Shown here in pieces: positions 55,001 to 63,463 of a DNA stretch of 63,463 nucleotides. Origin of the DNA: Candidatus Niyogibacteria bacterium (GTDB taxonomy: Bacteria > Patescibacteriota > Minisyncoccia > JACROR01); contig JACPLO010000004.1 of assembly GCA_016186495.1 (NCBI GenBank), forward strand, positions 1-63,463, written 5' to 3'. Position numbers and translations under genes: made by a program. Each line of letters begins with the position of its first letter. The stretch's first letter is position 1. The notes below the pieces were generated by a model. That model ran no database searches. It worked only from the letters and a program-made list of their open reading frames with translations, and had not been told where the DNA came from.

Positions 55001-55680
55001 CGAACAGCGGATCTCTAACCGTTGGAACACAATCCGGCAAGAGTCTTTATCGATTCAGCGTAAAAGCTAATAATGGAGATGTGGCTTTGTATAAATGGTC
55101 ATTCTCGATTGGCTCTTCTTCGGTTCAAGCTACTACTTCCACTTATGGCCTGTATGTTTTCACTGATAGCGGTTTCTCCACTAATGATACTGCTTTTACT
55201 TCAGACGGTCTGATTAACTATGGAAATTGCGTGAATGGAAGAGCAGATGTGACTAACGTTACTAGAGCTGCTGGCGCCAATAACAGTCCAATCACGGTTG
55301 AAGTTTATCCTGACAAAGGTACAACCGCTTGCACCGCGACCACTACTTATATTGTTCCAGCAGGAATTACCAGGTACTTTGAATTTAGAGGCACGGTTGC
55401 TAACGTAGAATCTATAACTGGCGTAGAAACGATTAGTGTGACACTTGACGGTGATGCCGCATACACTACAAATCTTGGCGCAGGAGGAGGAGGAAATGTT
55501 GCTGGCAATATGTTCACGGCTTCTACTACAGACAGAGGCGCAGATAATGACTTTATCTGGTCGCCGATTTCCACTACGACCGCGAATGCCATTTATGATC
55601 TTGACTTCACTAATGGTTACAATGTTTCCGGTTTGCCGGGTACCAGTATGACTGTTGAATACTTCACCAGTCCTAACTAA
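52024..55680 (+). CDS. 1218-aa cell-surface (S-layer-like) protein
   Basis: N-terminal signal anchor and coiled-coil LQAQIASLLAQINTLQSQLTTLQ. Peptidoglycan-binding-like module (GDDVKCLQNYL...GYFGSVTKSAVSAWQAANGV). (TPT)n linker, then about 1000 aa of T/S/G/A/V-rich beta sequence without Cys clusters. Strong terminator. Confidence 0.75.
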   Translation: MSNLRKRGGIKGKIVSTLLITATTTIWLSGAMMLAPLAVQADAVSDLQAQIASLLAQINTLQSQLTTLQGGTTTAACSFSRDLTLGAKGDDVKCLQNYLIGTGHYSFSGGATGYFGSVTKSAVSAWQAANGVSPAAGYFGSISKAKYSSVAAMTPTTPTTPTTPTTPTTVVTGSGLKVEAGVQPSGSLAPDNATRIPFTVVKFTAGSADVTVDSLVVERTGLANDAVFAGVVLLDEKGVQLGVAKTLNSVHQATLTEDFVVKAGQSRTMTIGGNRADTSTYAGQIAYLNLVGVNTVGGAAVSGVLPISGAGHTVNESLSIGSVTMLRGATDPGANQSKEVGLTGYTFSAIRVTAGSAEKVYLESVRWYQSGSASKDDLANLKVIADDKEYTPMVSSDGKYYTASFGNGTAGILIDKGFSKDISIKGDIAAGSARTIAFDIAKRTDLGLKGETYGYGLTAPQTNSCVGSTGTACFTNTEDPWYDSAIVTISAGTMTVSNSTSVAAQNVSINQANQILGAVSVDVRGESITVGAMDFNVTLGSEGTDADVNDITSVSLYDANGAVVAGPVDGSATPDTTGASSIGGDGVITFTDSVTFPSGVHIYTLKGKLGTDITNNVTITASTTPSTQWTTVTGQTTGVTITPSPTSAITLSAMTAKTGALTVSVSTIPIAQTVIAGADQFLFANYILDSTASGEDVRLTTIPLAYDVVTAAATELTSCKLYDGSTAVTTGSNIVNPSETGSGTSFTFDGSGLVVSKGTSKTISLKCNVASSISAGDIFRWGINNGQSYTGATGVTSGQTIGETFTDSIGQDMTGATGGSLAVTLDTDSPGYVIVNAGATGVILGKIRFAASNEEIDLKQVALEITSAASNTPVDLVGRQVTLWDGSTQVGTAVFPTGDNATSSVITNFRIPRDGAKVLTIKGDIAAMGVSGPLTGSGDLLIVGYDGNNVGLNGNYGTGVASGNTINGGTTDRNPSGVRIMKSYPTLAKISVPNSGSLTVGTQSGKSLYRFSVKANNGDVALYKWSFSIGSSSVQATTSTYGLYVFTDSGFSTNDTAFTSDGLINYGNCVNGRADVTNVTRAAGANNSPITVEVYPDKGTTACTATTTYIVPAGITRYFEFRGTVANVESITGVETISVTLDGDAAYTTNLGAGGGGNVAGNMFTASTTDRGADNDFIWSPISTTTANAIYDLDFTNGYNVSGLPGTSMTVEYFTSPN

Positions 55681-55730
55681 GTCTTCCTTGTGGACTTTGT
55701 TCGTTCCGCTAAAGCGGAATCAGGACGCGC

Positions 55731-55757
55731 AAAAACCCCCTTTTCAGGGGGTTTTTG
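55731..55757 (+). terminator. intrinsic terminator of the surface-protein gene
   Basis: AAAAACCCCC-TTTTCA-GGGGGTTTTT. Confidence 0.85.
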
Positions 55758-55776
55758 CTTTGGTAGAATAGAGTTT

Positions 55777-56451
55777 ATGAGTATTAAAATAAAAATTATT
55801 TCTTTTGTTATTTTTTTTATTCTTGTCATTGCCGGCGTGGGATTTTATTTTTGGCAAGACTGGCAAAATTCTCAAATTTCTCAAAAGGAGTCTTTAGGAA
55901 TAAAACAAGAGGAATCTTTAGGAATAAAAGAGTCTTCTGATCACTTGGACATTAAGCGGCCAAGTGATGAATTTCAAGGCGTTGTTTCTGAAAATCAAAT
56001 GCCGGATCTTTCAAGAAATATTCCAAAAAGCGCGAGCAATGAAGATATTGAACAGATCAAGGTTATAATTCAGACTCTGAAAGATAACAGCGATTATCTT
56101 CAGGGCTGGCTGCAGTTGGGAATTTTGCGGAAAAAAATCGGCGATTGGGAGGGCGCGGCGCAAGCTTGGAAATTCGCGGCAATTATCCGTCCCGATAATT
56201 CCGTCGCTTATCTGAATCTCGGCGATCTTTACGGTTATTATTTTCATGACAATCAAAAAGCTGAAGAAAATTTATTGAAAGCCATAAAAGTTGAGCCGGC
56301 TTATATCTACGGGTATTTAAAAACCTATGAATTTTACATTGATACCAATCAGCCGGAAAAAGCCCGCCAAATTATAGAGCAAGGAATCGCCGTCAACCCC
56401 GGCGCTTCCCAACAACTTCAGTCTATTCTTGATAAAATAAAATCTATATGA
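55777..56451 (+). CDS. membrane-anchored TPR-repeat protein
   Basis: The ATG at 55777 follows the terminator, so the 55690 start would span it. TM helix IISFVIFFILVIAGVGFYF, KESLGIK direct repeat and TPR-like WLQLGILRKKIGDWEGAAQAWKFA / AYLNLGDLY. Confidence 0.7.
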   Translation: MSIKIKIISFVIFFILVIAGVGFYFWQDWQNSQISQKESLGIKQEESLGIKESSDHLDIKRPSDEFQGVVSENQMPDLSRNIPKSASNEDIEQIKVIIQTLKDNSDYLQGWLQLGILRKKIGDWEGAAQAWKFAAIIRPDNSVAYLNLGDLYGYYFHDNQKAEENLLKAIKVEPAYIYGYLKTYEFYIDTNQPEKARQIIEQGIAVNPGASQQLQSILDKIKSI

Positions 56452-56588
56452 AATATCTTGATAAAAAATTTTGGAAGTTTTTGGCGGGATTTTTGCTGAT
56501 TTTGGGCTTGGGTATCGCGGCGCTTGTTGTTAGCACGGATTATCTGGAGCGCAATCAGACCGCGGGCGATGCTTTTAATATCCGATAA
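56448..56588 (+). CDS. possible 46-aa single-TM protein, translationally coupled (ATGA overlap)
   Basis: MKYLDKKFWKFLAGFLLILGLGIAALVVSTDYLERNQTAGDAFNIR*. It is followed by the hairpin AAGCAGATACTTGCTTTTTTT. Confidence 0.4.
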   Translation: MKYLDKKFWKFLAGFLLILGLGIAALVVSTDYLERNQTAGDAFNIR

Positions 56589-56679
56589 TTAAAGCAGATA
56601 CTTGCTTTTTTTAACGAATTAAGATAATCTATTAAATCAAATCTTTGACAATTAAATATAAGAAAGGAGGAAAAAGAAG

Positions 56680-57585
56680 ATGGAAAAAATTTATATGATC
56701 AGCCAGAACGAAGTTCTTCCAATTGAGGAAGCTGATATTTGCGTCGGCAACAGAAATATTTTTTCTCTTTTTAAAAAAATTGTTTCCGGCGAAACAATGG
56801 AACGCGGTTTTAGTCCCTTTGAAGTGATGGAGGCGAGAGGGTCGGTTTGTTTTAAATTAGCCGAACATTTGGAACGGCTCTTTTATTCAGTAAAATTCTG
56901 CCGGATAAAAATTCCTTACAGCATTGATGAATTGTCTCTTTTTATCGCCAAGGCTTTGGAAAGCGCCGGCTTAAAAGAATCAATTCTCCGTTTGGATGTT
57001 ATTTTAGGCGAAGAAGGCGCGGCTGAACCGCTTATTTTTCTGATAAAGATCCGATTAAAAAAAGAAAAAAAACCGCTGGCTCTTAAAACTTTTGAATTTT
57101 CAAGAATAATGCCGAATTTAAAAGTTTCCGGCGGATATGTTTATGCTCAGATAGAAAAACGATCTTCTCCTGATTACGATGATATTTTGTATTTTACGCC
57201 AAAACAATACGGACATTTTTTTACGGAAACATCCCGAGGAAATTTTTTCGCGATATTCTGGTCTGGCATAAGCAACAAATATTATGTTCACGGAGCAAAA
57301 TCTTCAAGTATTCTTCAAGGAATTACCTACCGGACATTATTGAAAATAGATTCTATATCCGATAAATTTATTTTTACAAATAACGGAATACATTTAGACG
57401 GATTAAAGTTTATCAAAGAAGCGTTCATTACTTCTTCTTCAAACCGGATTATTCCCATAAGGAAAATAGATGAACATTTTTTAGATATAGGAACAGATGG
57501 TAAAGGCGGTCCCATTACCAGCCGGCTAAGCGAGCTTTTTGATGCTTATGTTGATGATTATTATCAACAAAAAATTAAATTATAA
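56680..57585 (+). CDS. class IV (fold type IV) PLP aminotransferase / ADC-lyase-like enzyme
   Basis: AAAGGAGG SD. FEVMEARG, LAEHLERLFYSV, a Lys in NLKVSGGY, TETSRGNFF and ILQGITYRTLL blocks. Confidence 0.75.
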   Translation: MEKIYMISQNEVLPIEEADICVGNRNIFSLFKKIVSGETMERGFSPFEVMEARGSVCFKLAEHLERLFYSVKFCRIKIPYSIDELSLFIAKALESAGLKESILRLDVILGEEGAAEPLIFLIKIRLKKEKKPLALKTFEFSRIMPNLKVSGGYVYAQIEKRSSPDYDDILYFTPKQYGHFFTETSRGNFFAIFWSGISNKYYVHGAKSSSILQGITYRTLLKIDSISDKFIFTNNGIHLDGLKFIKEAFITSSSNRIIPIRKIDEHFLDIGTDGKGGPITSRLSELFDAYVDDYYQQKIKL

Positions 57586-57597
57586 TTAACATTTTCG

Positions 57598-57632
57598 CCT
57601 CGTTGGAAATTTTATTTTCAACGGGGCTTTAT
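57598..57632 (+). terminator. intrinsic terminator (G:U-containing stem, + strand specific)
   Basis: CCUCGUUGGAAA-UUUUA-UUUUCAACGGGG followed by CUUUAUUGUUUU. Confidence 0.6.
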
Positions 57633-57667
57633 TGTTTTGGCGGAGTTTTTCATATTAAAATATTCTT

Positions 57668-58336
57668 ATGCCGATACTTTATGTTATTGCGACGCCAATC
57701 GGGAATTTAAAAGACATTACGCTTCGGGCATTGGAGGTTTTGCGCGCGGTGGATTTTATAATTTGCGAAGATACGCGGGTGACGCGAAAACTTCTGGCGC
57801 ATTATCAAATTTCAAAGCCGCTTGTTTCTTATCATCAATATTCCAAATTAAAATCCTGCCAAAAAATCGCCGATTTTTTAAAAACGGGAAAAAGCGCGGC
57901 TTTAGTCAGCGATGCCGGCACGCCGGGCATTTCCGATCCGGGCGCGCGCTTGATTGATTTTATCAGGCGTGAACTGCCCGCGGTTCGCCTGATTGCCGTG
58001 CCGGGCCCTTCGGCTTTGATTGCTGCGGCGTCTGTTTCCGGTATAAATACGGATAAATTTCTTTTTCTCGGTTTTCCGCCGCGCAAAAAAGGCCGCCAGA
58101 AATTTTTTAAGCGGATTCAGGAAAGCGTTGAGCCGGTTATTTTTTATGAATCCACGCATCGCGTGGCAAAAGCGTTCGCGGAATTAGCCGCAGTATTGGG
58201 CGACACGGCGGAAATCGCGGTTGCCCGCGAGATTACTAAAATTTACGAGGAAATTTGGCGCGGCGTTCTAAAAGACGCGGCCGCGCATTTTATCAATGAG
58301 CGTCAAAGAGGAGAATTCGTGATAATTATCCCTTGA
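57668..58336 (+). CDS. rsmI: 16S rRNA (cytidine1402-2'-O)-methyltransferase RsmI
   Basis: LYVIATPIGNLKDITLRALEVL, ICEDTR, SDAGTPGISDPG and FYESTHR. Confidence 0.92.
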   Translation: MPILYVIATPIGNLKDITLRALEVLRAVDFIICEDTRVTRKLLAHYQISKPLVSYHQYSKLKSCQKIADFLKTGKSAALVSDAGTPGISDPGARLIDFIRRELPAVRLIAVPGPSALIAAASVSGINTDKFLFLGFPPRKKGRQKFFKRIQESVEPVIFYESTHRVAKAFAELAAVLGDTAEIAVAREITKIYEEIWRGVLKDAAAHFINERQRGEFVIIIP

Positions 58337-58371
58337 CGGATTTTTTTATTTTTACTAAACTATATTATTAT

Positions 58372-58468
58372 CCGCAGACAGCAGGCAGATAAGATAAGCC
58401 CTGCCGAGGAAAAATTTAACGTTGCGACGTTATTTATTTTCTGCGGTTTTAAAATCGCAGATTTTTTT
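58372..58468 (+). promoter_or_regulatory. candidate ribosomal-protein L10 leader with terminator/antiterminator alternative
   Basis: The closing stem CCGCAGA (58372..58378) / TCTGCGG (58440..58446) encloses two hairpins. The 3' strand can instead form CTGCG-GTTTTAAAAT-CGCAG followed by ATTTTTTT, just before the rplJ ATG. Confidence 0.45.
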
Positions 58469-58996
58469 ATGACTATCACTCGCGCGAAAAAAGAAGAAAT
58501 TATCAAAGATATCCATTCTAAACTGGAAAAATCGCAGATTTCCATATTCGTTAATTTTCACGGGCTTAGCGTAAAAGATGTTTCAGAATTAAGAAATAAT
58601 CTTAGAAAAGACACCATTGATTATAAGGTGGCGAAAAAAACTTTGATTAATCGCGCGCTGGACGGTTTTGGTTTTAGCGGAGAAAAACCGCCGCTGGAAG
58701 GGGAATTGGCTTTAGTTTTGGGGTATGATGACGCGGTGGCGCCAGCCCGGAATCTTTTTTCTTTCGTAAAAAAACACAAGGAAAGCGTTAAGATTTTAGG
58801 CGGCGTGTTTGAAAAAGCTTATATTAACGAAAGCATGGTTTCAGCATTGGCGGTTATTCCGCCGCGCGATACGCTTTTAGGCCAGTTTGTTAATGTTATT
58901 AATTCGCCGGTTCAAGGCATGGTCGGAGCTTTGAGCGGAGTAATGAGGAATTTTGTCAGTGTTTTAGGACAAATCAAAAAAGAAATTAAGAAATAA
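58469..58996 (+). CDS. rplJ: 50S ribosomal protein L10
   Basis: Typical L10 sequence (VNFHGLSVKDVSELR, VAKKTLI). Position is upstream of rplL. Confidence 0.93.
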   Translation: MTITRAKKEEIIKDIHSKLEKSQISIFVNFHGLSVKDVSELRNNLRKDTIDYKVAKKTLINRALDGFGFSGEKPPLEGELALVLGYDDAVAPARNLFSFVKKHKESVKILGGVFEKAYINESMVSALAVIPPRDTLLGQFVNVINSPVQGMVGALSGVMRNFVSVLGQIKKEIKK

Positions 58997-59008
58997 ATAC
59001 AATATATT

Positions 59009-59437
59009 ATGACCGAAGAAACAAAAAAAGAAGAAAAAAATGAAGAAGTTATAGCCGTACCGGCTAAATTCAAGGAAATCGTGGAAAAAGTGGAGCAGAT
59101 GAGCGTGCTTGATCTTTCGGAATTGGTTAAAGTTTTGGAGAAAAAATTCGGCGTCTCGGCGGCTATGCCGATGATGATGGCGGGCGCCGCGGCGCCGGCG
59201 GCCGGCGAAGCCGCGGGAGAAGAAAAAACTTCTTTTAACGTGGAGCTAAAAGCGGCTGGCGGCCAGAAAATTCAGGTGATTAAAGCGGTGCGCGAATTAA
59301 CCGGTTTAGGCTTAAAAGAATCCAAGGATTTGGTGGATGCCGCGCCGAAAATGATTAAAGAAGGCCTTAAAAAAGAAGAAGCGGAAGAGCTTAAGAAAAA
59401 ACTGGAAGCCGCGGGAGCAACGGTGGAGATTAAATGA
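59009..59437 (+). CDS. rplL: 50S ribosomal protein L7/L12
   Basis: Ala/Gly hinge, [24 protein letters not shown] and [11 protein letters not shown]. Confidence 0.95.
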   Translation: MTEETKKEEKNEEVIAVPAKFKEIVEKVEQMSVLDLSELVKVLEKKFGVSAAMPMMMAGAAAPAAGEAAGEEKTSFNVELKAAGGQKIQVIKAVRELTGLGLKESKDLVDAAPKMIKEGLKKEEAEELKKKLEAAGATVEIK

Positions 59438-59438
59438 C

Positions 59439-59473
59439 AAAAATACGCCCCGCAGTCGCGGGGCGTATTTTTG
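59439..59473 (+). terminator. intrinsic terminator of rplJL
   Basis: AAAAATACGCCCCGC-AGT-CGCGGGGCGTATTTTT. Confidence 0.85.
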
Positions 59474-59499
59474 TTAAAAGTGTTATCATTATAATAAGT

Positions 59500-60078
59500 A
59501 TGGCGGTAAATATTTTAGACAAACTTTTCGGTTCTTCTTTACGATTAAAGATTATTCGGATTTTTATGCTTCATCCGGAAGAGATTTTTAACAATAAAGA
59601 AGTGGCTAAACGCGTTCGTTCTTCGGCCGCGGCCGCGCGCCGGGAAATAACGCTTTTAAAAAACATAGATTTTATTGTTTTAGAAAAGCAGAAGAAAAAG
59701 GCGCGAGGCATGAAGTTAAATCCGCTTTTTCCTTTTTATAACGCTTTGAAGGGATTGGTGCTTAATTCTTTTTCCGTTTCCCGAGATGAAATTACCAAAA
59801 GAATTAAAAGACTTGGCCGGATAAAATTGATAATTATTTCCGGAATTTTTCTCCAAGAAAAAAAATCGCGGTTAGATCTTTTGGTGGTGGGAGACGGCGT
59901 TAAAAAAACAGCAATGGAAAAAGTATTGAAATGGCTGGAGGCGGAAATGGGCAAAGAACTGGATTACGCGTTTCTCAACGAAAAAGAATTTCTTTATCGT
60001 TTAGAAATGTATGATAAATTTGTCCGTGACATCCTGGATCACCCGCATGAGAAATTATTAAACAAACTTGATATTTAG
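59500..60078 (+). CDS. putative winged-HTH protein with C-terminal uncharacterised domain
   Basis: The ATG at 59500 lies after the terminator. LRLKIIRIFMLHPEEIFNNKEVAKRV...REITLLKNIDFI resembles an ArsR-like wHTH. Confidence 0.5.
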   Translation: MAVNILDKLFGSSLRLKIIRIFMLHPEEIFNNKEVAKRVRSSAAAARREITLLKNIDFIVLEKQKKKARGMKLNPLFPFYNALKGLVLNSFSVSRDEITKRIKRLGRIKLIIISGIFLQEKKSRLDLLVVGDGVKKTAMEKVLKWLEAEMGKELDYAFLNEKEFLYRLEMYDKFVRDILDHPHEKLLNKLDI

Positions 60079-60125
60079 AAGGCGCCTTTAAGCGGTAGAG
60101 CGTTCGTTTATCCTGTTAAATTTTT

Positions 60126-60197
60126 GGGCATTTAGCTCAGTGGTAGAGCGTTCCGTTCACATCGGAAAGGTCATAGGTCCAATTCCTATAATGCCCA
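60126..60197 (+). tRNA. tRNA-Val (anticodon CAC), CCA not encoded
   Basis: The cloverleaf reads GGGCATT-TA-GCTC-AGTGGTA-GAGC-G-TTCCG-TTCACAT-CGGAA-AGGTC-ATAGG-TCCAATT-CCTAT-AATGCCC-A. The T-loop reads TCCAATT (C at position 55). Confidence 0.88.
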
Positions 60198-60409
60198 CTA
60201 AATAGCCCAAATTTAACAGGATAAGCACGCGAAAAGCCACAGGGTTGAGTTCTGTATGACCCAATTCCAATTTTAAGTTTTCCACAGGTGCTTAAAAAAG
60301 CTTATTATTTATGGTATTATATAAATAAGGTCGAAATTAAAAAAAGTTTTTGTGCACAACAACTTTAGTTTATTGATTATCAGTTAATTTCTTTAAAAGA
60401 ATTTAAAAT

Positions 60410-61096
60410 ATGTTATTACAAACTTGGGGAGATGTTTTAGTGGCGTCTTTTCAGCAACTTTGGACCGGCGTGGTCAGTTTTGTGCCTCGGCTGGTAGTAG
60501 CTGTTATAGTTTTTATTATCGGTTGGATAATTGCCGTGGCAATCGGTAAAGTGGTGGCGCAGATTATTCGCAGTATTAAGGTTGATCGCGCGCTTCAAAA
60601 TTTAGGTATGGAAGAACCGCTTTCGCGGGCTGGTTTTCGTTTAGACAGCGGAGCTTTTCTCGGCGCTGTTGTCAGGTGGTTTTTTCTGATCGTTTTTTTG
60701 GTCGCCGCCATTGATGTTTTAGGATTAAATCAGGTAAACATTTTTTTAAGCGATATTGTTCTGTTTTATTTGCCTAACGTCGTGGTTGCCGCTTTAATTT
60801 TGATGGTCGGCGCTTTGATTGCCAACGCAACGAAAAAAGTCGTGGTTGGAGCGGTAAGAGCCGCTCATCTTCCTTCTTCCGGTTTTTTGGGAGGCATCGC
60901 TAAATGGTCTGTCTGGATTTTCTCAATTTTAGCCGCTCTTTACCAGTTGGGAATCGCGGGCCCTTTTGTCCAGACTTTATTTACCGCTTTCATGGCAATG
61001 CTGGCTTTGGCCGGCGGTTTGGCTTTTGGCCTTGGCGGAAAAGAAGCTGCTGCCCGTTATTTGGAAAAACTGCAGGAGGACATTTCTAATCGATAA
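60410..61096 (+). CDS. conserved-TM-helix repeat membrane protein (mechanosensitive-channel-associated type)
   Basis: Repeated helix modules (VVAVIVFIIGWIIAVAIGKVV, VVAALILMVGALIANATKKVV) are typical of the TM_helix family. Confidence 0.65.
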   Translation: MLLQTWGDVLVASFQQLWTGVVSFVPRLVVAVIVFIIGWIIAVAIGKVVAQIIRSIKVDRALQNLGMEEPLSRAGFRLDSGAFLGAVVRWFFLIVFLVAAIDVLGLNQVNIFLSDIVLFYLPNVVVAALILMVGALIANATKKVVVGAVRAAHLPSSGFLGGIAKWSVWIFSILAALYQLGIAGPFVQTLFTAFMAMLALAGGLAFGLGGKEAAARYLEKLQEDISNR

Positions 61097-61147
61097 GCGA
61101 TTAATCGGACATTCTTTCAATCCTTTGTCTTATTGGCAAGGGGTTGA

Positions 61148-61178
61148 CCCCGTAGAATTACTTTGTGATTCTACGGGG
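61148..61178. repeat. hairpin CCCCGTAGAAT-loop-ATTCTACGGGG flanked by GGGGTTGAC direct repeats
   Basis: 11-bp perfect stem. GGGGTTGAC occurs at 61140..61148 and 61175..61183. The arm sequence resembles the 13219 hairpin family. Confidence 0.55.
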
Positions 61179-61295
61179 TTGACTATTTTCAAACGGAAAT
61201 ATAACATAGAAGATATAAATATGTTTATCAAAAAAGAAAATTTTAAACTAAAAAAGCGGAGAAAATGATTTCGTGGCGTTATTATGCGTTGAAGG

Positions 61296-61322
61296 CTCCG
61301 CTTCCAGTAAAGCGGAGTTTTT
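61296..61322 (+). terminator. orphan intrinsic terminator in the 23S upstream region
   Basis: CTCCGCT-TCCAGTAA-AGCGGAG followed by TTTTT. No convincing gene lies upstream of it. Confidence 0.55.
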
Positions 61323-61484
61323 AGTTGTCGGTCGGCCGATGAAGATTGTTAAAAAGAATCTTTATTGGCTGGAAGATAACAGAGAACTTTGAAAAAATAA
61401 GCAGGTAACTTCTATCAAATGAAATGCGGTTTATTAGATAGAAGAAAATAGAAGAAAAAGTTAGAAAGTTTACAGATTTTCTAA

Positions 61485-63463
<1,979 letters not shown>

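Noticed and set aside
52362-55592. Several 62-118 aa antisense or alternate-frame ORFs within the 1218-aa surface protein gene
   Set aside because: The Thr/Gly/Ala/Val-rich coding sequence leaves other frames open. None has a start context, and all are nested in one long continuous ORF with a signal sequence and terminator.
55690-55776. N-terminal extensions of ORFs at 55690, 59434, 4211, 719 and 17111
   Set aside because: The extensions would span an upstream terminator (55690, 59434) or overlap the preceding gene (4211, 17111). They add non-homologous residues before a conserved N-terminus preceded by a better start (719).

Overview
This 63.5 kb window is AT-rich and densely packed with short genes, almost all on the + strand. 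By inference it comes from a small-genome bacterium of the Patescibacteria/CPR (Parcubacteria-like) type that uses the standard code (UGA is a stop). Most of it is core housekeeping. This includes adk-map-ruvX, tpiA-pgk, recJ, rnhA, a split comEC, ndk, thiI, polX, infC-rpmI-rplT, smpB plus tmRNA, pyrG, argS, ileS, recO, glyQS, metG, rsmI, rplJ-rplL, one tRNA-Val and the 5' ~2 kb of a 23S rRNA with no 16S upstream. There is also an ECF sigma / anti-sigma / MacAB-type efflux cluster and a 1218-aa surface (S-layer-like) protein. The observations most worth a second look are listed here. (1) A GC-rich ~2 kb island with two convergent orphan genes is wedged between the ECF sigma and anti-sigma genes, with a frameshifted small secreted Cys-rich peptide gene at its edge. 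(2) IleRS carries an in-frame ~200-aa histidine-phosphatase (PGAM-like) domain inside its catalytic core. (3) ArgRS and MetRS have degenerate HIGH motifs, and a Fic protein has Arg in place of the catalytic His. (4) The tmRNA 3' end is repeated three times within ~220 bp, which looks like att-site scars. (5) The 23S rRNA has a helix-45 intervening sequence closed by a 20-bp stem. (6) Several strongly structured or inverted-repeat intergenic elements are present, including a recurrent hairpin family shared by the island, the pgk 3' end and the 23S leader. All calls rest on reading the sequence and motif knowledge; no database search was possible.
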